A DNA stretch of 64,000 nt from Octopus sinensis (GCF_006345805.1 NW_021831855.1:1-64000); one strand, 5' to 3'; shown: positions 25,273-36,019, counted from the first letter of the stretch. The notes: generated by a model not told the origin, from the sequence alone. Numbers and translations: made by a program.

Positions 25273-26320
25273 CGTCATCATCATAACAATTTCTAATTTC
25301 ATTAGCTAGAATGTTATTTTGGTGGCAACATTTTCCTAAAATTTGAAGAATCTTTCTTTGGATTCTTGTACAATACAAGATGGTATTCTTTTCTGTCGGT
25401 CGACAATGCAAGTTTCAATTCCAAACTCTTTTAGTCTTTAAGATAGCATTTTGGGTGTTGTGTCAAGAGCACCAATTATCACAGGAATAATTGTTGTCTT
25501 GGTTGTCCACTGTCTCTTCAACTTTCTAGCTAGGTCCTGGTATTTCTTAATTTTTTTTTCTATTCCTTTCATACCGACTCTTGCATCATAGGGATTTGCA
25601 GAGTTCATAATCTTACAGTTTGTCTATTTTTATTTACTTCTATAGTCATATCTGGTCATCTTGCTGTAACAGTATGGCCAGTCATTACTGGGAACTGCCA
25701 TAAAATCCTGTAATTCACATTCTTTATCACAGCCTTTGGTTGCCTTTCACATCACTTATTTCCTAAGCAGCAAGAATTAGTGATTCTGTATCTCGTTTTA
25801 AGTTTCCATCAGTCAGTCACAACCAGCGTTCTTCAAACATTCTCAGTTTTAATCAGGAATCATCCTTGTAATTCTTTCTCCTCTCTCTTGAACTCTAGTG
25901 CTTTTGCGAATCGTTTTCGATATTTCTGCATGAGGACAATAGTCTTTACTATGCACAGTATCGTTTGTCAACCCCAATATCGCAGTACTGGTGGCCTTTC
26001 CTAAGTTTAACACATCTCTGCCTCCTTCCTTGGTAGGTAGAGTCTGACGGTGTTACTTTGAGAGCCGCCAGCAATGTACGTTGTGAGCAGCTTCCTAGTT
26101 ATTCTACCTAATTCCTGAATCTCCTTTTTTGTCCCCTTTAAGAAGGGAATGACACACCCTTTCAGCAGCTTCTCAATCCTTTTCTGGTACACTTCGGAGG
26201 TTTTCTCTCTCATTCCCTTTTCCATTCCTTTACCATCCTGCTGTACTCCAAGGTAATTGTATTTCTCAGTTATCAAAGGATGTCATCTCGTGCTACCTTT
26301 ATAACCTCATATTTAATCTT
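25240..26320 (-). mobile_element. R4/Dong-like 3' fragment (RLE domain), diverged from the 18451 copy
   Basis: Minus translation gives NPYDARV...KIKKYQDLARKLKRQWTTKTTIIPVIIGAL and YNYLGVQQ...RLYLPRKE. It ends in a (TAA)n tail. Confidence 0.75.
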
Positions 26321-26466
26321 TCGGTGTCTCTTCATAATTACAACTTATTTACTCGAAACAGCATACAAATATCCTTGCTAAATATATTATCATTTACTAT
26401 TGTGTACTATGTATGCTTCTCTTCTCTGTCTTATTTTATACTGTGTATACTGTCTACACACACACA

Positions 26467-26509
<43 letters not shown>

Positions 26510-26513
<4 letters not shown>

Positions 26514-26790
26514 CACCTTGTTACCTCTTCACCTTGTTACCTCCCCTACTTTCCTTCTCCTGTTTGACCCCTCTGTCCGCCAATAGTCGCCATGATAGAT
26601 CGTTAGCCACTACACACTTTTTCTCTCTCTCCTTGTTTCTGTCCTTGTTTTTTCTGTGTACCTTTCTGTAGAAGAGCGTAGGCTTGAAACGTAAAAGACT
26701 TTTTTTATTCCCGAGCGTTAAACTAATTAGACCTGTTTGTTTTGTTCACCACCTGCCTTCGTCTTTTGTTTTTTCGTAAACTTTCCCTAT
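26510..26790 (+). mobile_element. PLE pseudo-LTR-like repeat with variant hammerhead (third copy)
   Basis: cctttctgtagaagagcgtaggcttgaaacgtaaaagac at 26661-26699. Confidence 0.65.
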
Positions 26791-27688
26791 ATATATATAT
26801 ATACGTTTATATATTTGCTGTGCAAGATTTTTTATGTGAAGTCGTGTATTGAAACAGATATTGTTATATTTCGGAATGGTCATTTTGCCAGTTTAGCCAA
26901 TAAAAACACACGCACTATATATTTGGTGTTATTTTGCTTCAATCAACAACATAGAAATTAAAATATTGTCCACACACAGAACAGATGCAACAATCAGACA
27001 AATTACAGAAGCTACACACATAATAGAAAATAAACCTAGCCTGAATAGGAAACTAGAATGGAACACTAGCACACACCACAACATATGACGGTAGAGGATC
27101 CTGAAAACATAATAAATACCCAGATAAATAAACAAATAGAAATAAATAACTATATAAGTTTTATTTATTTATTATTATTATTACTAGTATTGTTGTTATA
27201 CATACATACATACATACAAGCATATGTAATGATAATAACAAGTGGATGTAAACACATGAACAAAATAAGAATAAACAAAAACAACAACAACAAAAACAAA
27301 TTACATGAACGTATATAAACAGAAGATACAAATATTACAGGCATCCCCCCCACACTAAATAAACATAGACGCACATAGAGATATAAGCATGCGCAAATGA
27401 AGACATACAATAGAAATACAAAATGGCTGACGGTTAGTAAGGAGAGACACAAATTAATTAATTTCACCCTTCATTATTACGGATAACCATATTTTATCTC
27501 AGTAGATGACCACAGCATCTTGTTTTGCTACACGCGGGTGGGAAGGGGCTGTTGACACAATCGTTTCATTATTCACAAATTGAATTCGGTGATACCAGTT
27601 GCGGATTCTAGCTCGCTCTGATACTGAGTGGAGTTGGTGCCTTCTGGTATCTCAAAATTCAATATATAATCATTTATGATTATAGTAT

Positions 27689-27798
27689 TCTACGCTGAAG
27701 AGAAAGAAGTTCGGTAAGATAGAATTATTTATTATTAATATTAATATTTAGTTCTTATGCTTTCCTTAAAACTTGATTTCGAAACGTACGTCCGTGGA
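27689..27798 (+). ncRNA. Type I hammerhead ribozyme, unit 1 (predicted cleavage after 27792)
   Basis: TCTACG-CTGAAGA-[G...C long stem II]-GAAA-CGTACG-TC-CGTGGA. Confidence 0.85.
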
Positions 27799-28287
27799 TA
27801 ACTAAAAAAATGTATGATAGATGCAGTCAATTCATTCTCTCTTACCTGTTTGGTCTGCCTTCCAAATGCTGTTTTTACTGAGATCTCCCTCTTTAGTAGA
27901 AGAAATAGCTATAACCCTTTGACTGCTATTTCTAAATTCGGTATGTGGTAAGGCAACTCGTTGTTAAACCCTTATTGCTTAGATTACTTAAATTTTCCTC
28001 GAATGAGGCTTTTACATCCGAAGACTACTTGGTGTAATTGATAATTTTTCCAAATTAATTAATTTCACCCTTCATTATTACGGATAACCATATTTTATCT
28101 CAGTAGATGACCACAGCATCTTGTTTTGGCTACACGCGGGTGGGAAGGGGCTGTTGACACAATCGTTTCATTCACAAATTGAATTCGGTGATACCAGTTG
28201 CGGATTCTAGCTCGCTCTGATACTGAGTGGAGTTGGTGCCTTCTGGTATCTCAAAATTCAATATATAATCATTTATGATTATAGTAT

Positions 28288-28400
28288 TCTACGCTGAAGA
28301 GAAAAGAAGTTTCGGTAAGATAGAATTATTTATTATTTAATATTTATATTTAGTTCTTATGCTTTCCTTAAAACTTGATTTCGAAACGTACGTCCGTGGA
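28288..28400 (+). ncRNA. Type I hammerhead ribozyme, unit 2 (predicted cleavage after 28394)
   Basis: Same motif with an intact core. Confidence 0.85.
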
Positions 28401-28888
28401 TAACTAAAAAAATGTATGATAGATTGCAGTCAATTCATTCTCTCTACCTGTTTGTGTCTGCCTCCAAATGCTGTTTTTACTGAGATCTCCCTCTTTAGTA
28501 GAAGAAATAGCTATAACCCTTTGACTGCTATTTCTAAATTCGGTATGTGGTAAGGCAACTCGTTGTTAAACCCTTATTGCTTAGTATTACTTAAATTTTC
28601 CTCGAATGAGGCTTTTACATGCCGAAGACTACTTGGTGTAATTGATAATTTTTCCAAATAATTAATTTTCACCTTCATTATACGGATAACCATATTTTAT
28701 CTCAGTAGATGACCACACAGCATCTTGTTGGCTACACGCGGGTGGGAAGGGGCTGTTGACACAATCGTTTCATTCCAAATTGAATTCGGTGATACCAGTT
28801 GCGGATTCTAGCTCGCTCTGATACTGAGTGGAGTTGGTGCCTTCTGGTATCTCAAAATTCAATATATAATCATTTATGATTATAGTAT

Positions 28889-29001
28889 TCTACGCTGAAG
28901 AGAAAAGAAGTTTCGGTAAGATAGAATTATTATTATTTAATATTTAATATTTAGTTCTTATGCTTTCCTTAAAACTTGATTTCGAAACGTACGTCCGTGG
29001 A
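28889..29001 (+). ncRNA. Type I hammerhead ribozyme, unit 3 (predicted cleavage after 28995)
   Basis: Same motif with an intact core. Confidence 0.85.
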
Positions 29002-29492
29002 TAACTAAAAAAATGTATGATAGATTGCAGTCAATTCATTCTCTCTTACCTGTTTGTGTCTGCCTTCCAAATGCTGTTTTTACTGAGATCTCCCTCTTTA
29101 GTAGAAGAAATAGCTATAACCCTTTGACTGCTATTTCTAAATTCGGTATGTGGTAAGGCAACTCGTTGTTAAACCCTTATTGCTTAGTATTACTTAAATT
29201 TTCCTCGAATGAGGCTTTTACATGCCGAAGACTACTTGGTGTAATTGATAATTTTTCCAAATTAATTAATTTCACCCTTCATTATTACGGATAACCTATT
29301 TTATCTCAGTAGATGACCACAGCATCTTGTTTTGGCTACACGCGGGTGGGAAGGGGCTGTTGACACAATCGTTTCATTCACAAATTGAATTCGGTGATAC
29401 CAGTTGCGGATTCTAGCTCGCTCTGATACTGAGTGGAGTTGTGCCTTCTGGTATCTCAAAATTCAATATATAATCATTTATGATTATAGTAT

Positions 29493-29605
29493 TCTACGCT
29501 GAAGAGAAAAGAAGTTTCGGTAAGATAGAATATTTATTATTTAATATTTAATATTTAGTTCTTATGCTTTCCTTAAAACTTGATTTCGAAACGTACGTCC
29601 GTGGA
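29493..29605 (+). ncRNA. Type I hammerhead ribozyme, unit 4 (predicted cleavage after 29599)
   Basis: Same motif with an intact core. Confidence 0.85.
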
Positions 29606-29889
29606 TAACTAAAAAAATGTATGATAGATTGCAGTCAATTCATTCTCTCTTACCTGTTTGTGTCTGCCTTCCAAATGCTGTTTTTACTGAGATCTCCCTC
29701 TTAGTAGAAGAAATAGCTATAACCCTTTGACTGCTATTTCTAAATTCGGTAGTGTGGTAAGGCAACTCGTTGTTAAACCCTTATTGCTAGTATTACTTAA
29801 TTTTCCTCGAATGAGGCTTTTACATGCCGAAGACTACTTGGTGTAATTGATAATTTTTCCAAATTAATTAATTTCACCCTTCATTATTA

Positions 29890-30048
29890 TATATATATAT
29901 ATATATAATATGATCATTCCAAAATAACAATATATATATATATATAATATATATAATATATAATATATGATCATTCCAAAATATAACAATATATAATAAT
30001 ATATATATATAATATATGATCATTCCAAAATATAACAATATATATATA

Positions 30049-30092
<44 letters not shown>

Positions 30093-30120
30093 ATATATAT
30101 ATATGATCATTCCAAAATAT

Positions 30121-30163
<43 letters not shown>

Positions 30164-30240
30164 CATTCCAAAATATAACAATATATATATATATATATGA
30201 TCATTCCGAAATATAACAATATATATATATATATATTATA
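29890..30240 (+). repeat. Six copies of tgatcattccaaaatataacaa embedded in (TA)n
   Basis: Copies near 29910, 29968, 30016, 30103, 30160 and 30198. Confidence 0.9.
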
Positions 30241-30312
30241 TGTAGATCCCGGGTTGAGTCGGGGTTAACCACAGTAAATAGGTACTCAATACATGGCAGA
30301 GTAAATTAATTT

Positions 30313-30433
30313 ATTTTATAGAAGGAGCTTCTACAGGACTAGAACTGTTTCATTCAAATGAAATCATCAGGAAGCTTTCTGATGATTTCATTTGAATGAA
30401 ACAGTTCTAGTCCTGTAGAAGCTCCTTCTATAA

Positions 30434-30436
<3 letters not shown>
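30313..30436. ncRNA. 124-bp palindrome encoding divergent type I hammerheads on both strands (PLE pLTR fold-back)
   Basis: 58-bp perfect arms 30313-30370 / 30379-30436. + strand: AGCTTT-CTGATGA-tttcatttgaat-GAAA-CAG ttctagtc CTG-TA-GAAGCT. Confidence 0.75.
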
Positions 30437-30511
<75 letters not shown>

Positions 30512-30603
30512 AGTTCAGCAAAATTTAGATTCAGATGAATATGGTACTTAAGTTAGATGCAGCAGAACTTTGTATGGTGTTATCCATTTAAATCCATGGG
30601 GTT

Positions 30604-30883
30604 TAATCAAAATAAGCAACAAGAATATCTCCGGTAATTTGGTAAGATAAGCTCTACTACCTCAATGTTCTTAAAATTCAAATCAACATCTTGTCTATAT
30701 ATCTACCTTCTCTATAATGTTATCAATTAATATGAAAAATATGTATTAATGGGAAACCTCTATAAATGGCTGATGATTGCTCAACATTTAAAAAACTGTT
30801 GTAATATTTACAATATTTAATAAAATGATGTAGCGTGAAATGATCGTATCAAATTACCGGAGATATTCTTGTTGCTTATTTTG

Positions 30884-30887
<4 letters not shown>
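30604..30887. repeat. 38-bp perfect inverted repeats (30604-30641 / 30850-30887), MITE-like or fold-back
   Basis: taatcaaaataagcaacaagaatatctccggtaatttg and its reverse complement. Confidence 0.85.
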
Positions 30888-30929
<42 letters not shown>

Positions 30930-31351
30930 AGTATTAATAAAATCTTTTTTCCATCTATTTTATTAATACTGTTACCTCAACTACCACTATGAAGTTCCTG
31001 CAATCTACGGATAATAACAGGTAATCGAAACTGTGCTGATGCTTTACTCATCATCCACTTATACATTTTGTATAATTTCTCCATTATATATATATAAAGA
31101 TGAAACAAAACGCAATAGAGGGCATTAAAACGTTCGGACAGATAGACGATACAAAGGTGGACAAGAGAAACAACAATTAGAGGGACAAGAAAAAAAGGAC
31201 GGGTCATTCGTGACTTTCTTTTTTCAGTCAAGTCCCAGAAGTCACGACCATTTCGGGAAACCCCCACACTTGATGTCTGTCTTTGTATTACCCCACCCTC
31301 AAGTTCCGCCCTGATGACAAAAGAAATCATCATCATTATTATTATCATTTT

Positions 31352-31545
31352 AAAGGCGGTGAGCTGGATGAATCGTTAGCACGCCGGGCGAAATGCTTAG
31401 CGGTGTTTCTCTCGTCGCTACGTTCTGAGTTCAAATTCCACTGGGGTCGATAAATTAAGTACTAGTGAAATACTGGGGTTAATGTAATAGACTTAATCCC
31501 TTCTCCCAAAACTTCAGGTCTTATGCCTATAATAGAAAGGATTAT
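31352..31545 (+). mobile_element. CORE-type tRNA SINE (internally deleted)
   Basis: ggcggtgagctgg..gaatcgttagcacgccgggcgaaatgcttagc head; ggggtcgataaattaagtac. Confidence 0.85.
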
Positions 31546-31586
31546 CATGATTAATCATCATTATTATTATCATTATTATTATTATT

Positions 31587-32143
31587 GAGTGAGCGAGCAG
31601 AGCATGCCATCGAAGTGACACTGGGGTAAAATATATGAAGCCCAGTATACCCATCATGACTACCCGTCTGATAAGGGTACACCAGGAACATGCATCACAA
31701 CCATATGTGCGCGACATGGTGATCTCATATCAAGATAAACAGCACATGACCTTGCAGGTGGAGCCCAGTTAGAATTTTCTTCAGATCGAGTAACCCATCC
31801 CGCTCAAAAGGTCCCTGAATAAGGCTTGTTTAAGGATGTTGAACGAAACACCCATGTTTCCAGAGGTGAATTATTCAAACCCCAAAGAATCCTTCTCAAC
31901 ACATGGCTATGATGCTCCCCCACTACTTCTGCTCGTGATCAGAGATGCACATATCGTCAGCCACTAAGGGGCATGCTCAACTGGTTAAGGTCAAACAACT
32001 GACAAGCAAATCTGTGGTATTGAGCAGAAAATTTGCTGTAGCCCATCTTTTATACCAAGACAAAACAATGTACATGATAACACTTCCAATCAGTTAAGAT
32101 CAGAAGCCATGAGAGCCACTGCCTGGTACTGCATCAGGGCATT
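31587..32143. mobile_element. ~560-bp non-coding interspersed repeat inserted in (ATT)n
   Basis: Complex sequence bounded on both sides by ATT repeats, with no informative ORF. Family identity was not established. Confidence 0.5.
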
Positions 32144-32791
32144 TTATTATTATTATTATTGCTGTTGTACCTGAAAGTCGCATTCAGTTTTGGTTCTGAT
32201 AATTTTTTACAGAAAATCGCCTCATTTTTATCAGAAGGGGTTTAAATAATTTGCATTTTTTCTTTAACTCTGTATCCAATTACACTAAAAAGTTCGCACC
32301 AAAGCTGCCGACCCTTTGCGGAACAGTTGTGTGCCGCGGCATAGTGATTGAAAATGTTTGCTCTATCCGTTCTATAAACCGCGCCCTGCCCCTCCAAAAA
32401 TATCAACCGTACAAAATTACAAAGCCAAAAAAAAGGGGAAAAATCAATAACAATAACAACTACGACAGTAGTAACAAGGAGAGCAACAAGAACAGAAGCA
32501 ATAATAATAACAACAACAACAGAATACATAATAAAAACAACGCTTCAACAAGAATAGCAGTAAAAAGAAATAACAAAAACAATAGCTCGAAACTAACGGA
32601 GTTAAGATATTCTGTTCACGGAATGAAATTTGAAACACACAACAACAACAACAGCAGCAGCAGCAACAATAACAGCAACAACAAATAAAATGGACAACAA
32701 TACATTTATTTCATTGCAGAGATTAAAATGGCGGATAACAACAATAACAAAAGTAACAACGACTACGGCAGCAGCATTGGCAGCAACAGCT

Positions 32792-32839
<48 letters not shown>

Positions 32840-33529
32840 ATAATAATAATAACAATAATAATAATAATAATAAAAAAAAAATAATAATAAATGAAGCAGT
32901 AATCTCTGCATGAAAGCATGACCTGCGTGAAACAGAAGCCAAATCTACCTCGAATCTCGCGTTAACTTCTTTTGAAAATAGGAAGGATACAAACGATAAA
33001 GGCGGGATGTTCGCGAATGGAAAGCCTTTGGAGAAAGACGTAGTTGCTTGATCTGGTTGGAGTTAATCAACAACAATAACACTAACAATTGTAGGAGCAA
33101 GAAGGAAAAAAATAACAACTACAATAAAAACAACAACCCCACAACAACATTTTGTTGATTTAAAAAAAATGTTTTATGCATTTTTTTTGCTGTTTTCGAT
33201 TTTTTTTTGCCAAAAGATTTTTATAATAAAATTTCTGAGGATTGGAAGATGAAACAGGAACGGAATGGATAATGGCGACAAGAACAACAACAACAACAAG
33301 ATAACCCACGTTCCAGGATTTGTAGATCTGCTAAAAATAGAAACGAAATCAACTTCAAATCACCGTCCTAATATAAAAGGCAGAAGGACATACTGGACAT
33401 AGCGTAGTCATGGATAAATGTAAAGATTGGATGGTCACGACTGGATCGCTTTGGATAATTAATCAATTAGGTCAGTGGTGGTCTACAGCTAAATAAAAAC
33501 AAAATATAAACAACAATAATTGGAAACAT

Positions 33530-34290
33530 TTTAACGACAGTTGACACAAGGCCAGCAATTTCGGAGAGAGCTAAGTCGATTACATCGACTCCAGTATATA
33601 ACAGATACATATCCGAAAGGATAAAAGGCAAAAACGATCTCGGTAGAATTTGAACTCAGAACGTAAAGACAGTAAATACCACTAACATTTCGCCCAACGT
33701 GATAACGATCCTGCCGGATGGCCGCCGGAAATAATTCCTTCTACCAAAGCACAAGACCTTAAATTTTGTGGGAGGAGATCGTCGATTTCATCGACCCTAG
33801 TGTTTCACTGGTACTTAATTTATCGGCCCCGAAAGTATGAAAGGTAAAGTTGGCCTCGGCGGAATTTGAACTCAGAACGTAGCGACGGGTGAAATACCTA
33901 TTTCTTTACTACCCACAAGGGGCTAAACACAGAGAGGACAAACAAGGACAGACAAACGGATTAAGTCGATTATATCGACCCCGGTGCGTAACTGGTACTT
34001 ATTTAATCGACCCCGAAAGGATGAAAGGCAAAGTCGAACTCGGCGGAATTTGAACTCAGAACGTAGCGGCAGACGAAACATCGCTAAGCATCTTGTCCAA
34101 CATGCTAACGATTCTGCTTGCTCGCTGCATTTAATATGATTATAATAATCCTTTCTACTCTAGGCAGAAGGCCTGAAATTTGTGGTGAGTGTGTCGGCCA
34201 ATCGATTAGATCAACCTCAGTGCACAACTGGTACTTAATTTATCGACCCCGAAATGATGAAAGGCAAAGTCAACTTCGGCGAAATTTGAA
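33530..34290 (-). mobile_element. Cluster of about four CORE SINE copies in tandem
   Basis: Repeated atcgacccc...gaaaggcaaagtc...gaatttgaactcagaacgta blocks near 33580, 33790, 33970 and 34230. Confidence 0.85.
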
Positions 34291-34297
34291 TATGATT

Positions 34298-36005
34298 TTA
34301 ATAACAAGAGCACTCAGAGAATACAAACCTCCGCCAAGGCAACACCAACGTCCTTAATTTTTTATTACCCACAAGGGGCTAAAAATAGAGGTTATACATT
34401 ATTGGAGAAATAAAAATACAAAAAGAAATCGTGTAAGGAAGAAAAAATAAAAAGAACGAATGAAAATATGAAAATGCCCACTCGACCCCCGAAGTCGAGT
34501 GGTTACATTTACACATTATTTTGGACAGGTATTTCTTTTTTTTTTATAATTTTAAAAGGTCACATAATTTTTATATATTGTATATATTAAAAAAAAAAAT
34601 TATCAACTCTGTGTTCAATTACGGGTGGTAGAGTATCAAACCATACCGGACCGTCGAATGAAGTTATATACCATGTATATGATTTTCTGAACGCGTCGTA
34701 TCTGTCGACATTCAATAGTACACACCTTTTCTCCTCCTTGAAAGGGTGAAGTAAGAGTGAAGCTACCTCCCTGGGCAGCTTCATCCTTACCAATCTCTTC
34801 CACTTGGAAATTCTCCTTTCCATATCTACATTTTTTTTTGTTAGTAAACTATGAATGCCTCATTTCTAAAACCGTGCTGTACATTCTCTACCACCGATTC
34901 TCTCTCTCTTGGTTCCGTTTCTACTGTCTGCATATGCTTAAATATAGGCGGCTCCCTAACTTCTCTTCGGTGGTAGCCACAACAGCTGCCACTAACCACT
35001 CTGGTTTTATTTCTGGTGGCACCCTCCCAATGCAAATGCGTACACTTCGCCTGCCCCTATACGTGGGCAGCAGCGTCACCTTTTCAGTGCGTAAAATAGT
35101 GGTGGAATGTGAGGCTGCCTCTTCTTTGGTGGTAAACCTCACCTCCACCGTACCATATTTCATTTCTCGACTCACGAAAGTTGCCGTTTTCATCAGGGGT
35201 CCCAAACATTCCCCCATGTCATTTTCTGATAGAATTTCAGCTTTATTGGTGGTGACGGTGATGTACCTCTTGCGTGCGGTACATCACCGTCCTATCACTC
35301 TTATCCTCGACACCGTTTCTTCTGGAAGGACCAGCTCTACTGCACATCCCTCTCTTTGTACGAACTGCTCAATTATCTCTTCCACATTTACTGTTATCCG
35401 TTTCGCGTCCAACGGCGCAGCTGTTCCCACTCAGCGGCTTCTGCATAGCTTTTCATAATGAAAAACGTACTATTCAGCCCCACAATGGGAAGAAAACAGT
35501 AGAAAAACAATCACGCGCGAGTTGCTCAACAATAATTTTCAACAGTGGTATACAACAATTTCAGCAACAGACATTCTCGAAGAGAAAGCCTTCAACATGT
35601 AACAACAATCCAAAACCGTGGTCAAAAATGACGAAACTCAAACAAACAAGTTGTTAGTCTGCGACACCATCGTCCTCTCAATGATTAACCAGAGATAAGT
35701 TTTGAAATGAGAATATCTGAAATAAATTCGACTGCTCTCACAAAAGAGAATACTAAAAATGAACTCAACCGCTCTCAAAAATTAAGCAAAAAAAAAAAAA
35801 AAAAACAGGAAACATAATCCAGAATCCTTGACCAGTATCGGATCGATCCCAAAATCTAATGAGTTCGTGCCAATTACAAGGCCAAACATCTCTGAAAGTT
35901 TCGTCCGAATCAATCTTGCGGTTCTCGAGATATCTTGTCCACAGACAAACAAACAAACGCGACCGAACACAATACCTCCGCTTTCGCTAAGGTAGAGGTA
36001 ATAAC
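34298..36005 (+). mobile_element. Putative Helentron-associated non-autonomous element (HINE/DINE-like) split by a Tx1-like insertion
   Basis: 5' end aacaagagcactcagag...acctccgccaagg (34298-34350). 3' part has (CAAA)n followed by the hairpin tacctccgc...gaggta (35970-36000). Confidence 0.5.
34355..35660 (-). mobile_element. Tx1/L1-like element with ORF1 only and a Tx1-type 3' tail
   Basis: MKSYAEAA start, then YGTVEVRFTTKEEA...RSVRICIGRVPPE. The 3' end is tttagccccttgtgggtaataaa. No EN or RT. Confidence 0.7.
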
Positions 36006-36019
36006 AATGAGATTGTATA

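Larger units (their letters stand above)
27451..29889 (+). repeat. Tandem array of four ~602-bp hammerhead-bearing units plus a 29-bp partial unit (retrozyme-like)
   Basis: Units start at 27451, 28052, 28656, 29259 and 29861. They are near-identical and differ mainly by small indels. No ORF of 60 aa or more in the ORF track. Confidence 0.95.

Noticed and set aside
27451-29889. CRISPR array or PLE coding pLTR
   Set aside because: The units are whole ~602-bp repeats with no unique spacers, and no GIY-YIG-like peptide appears in the frames I inspected.
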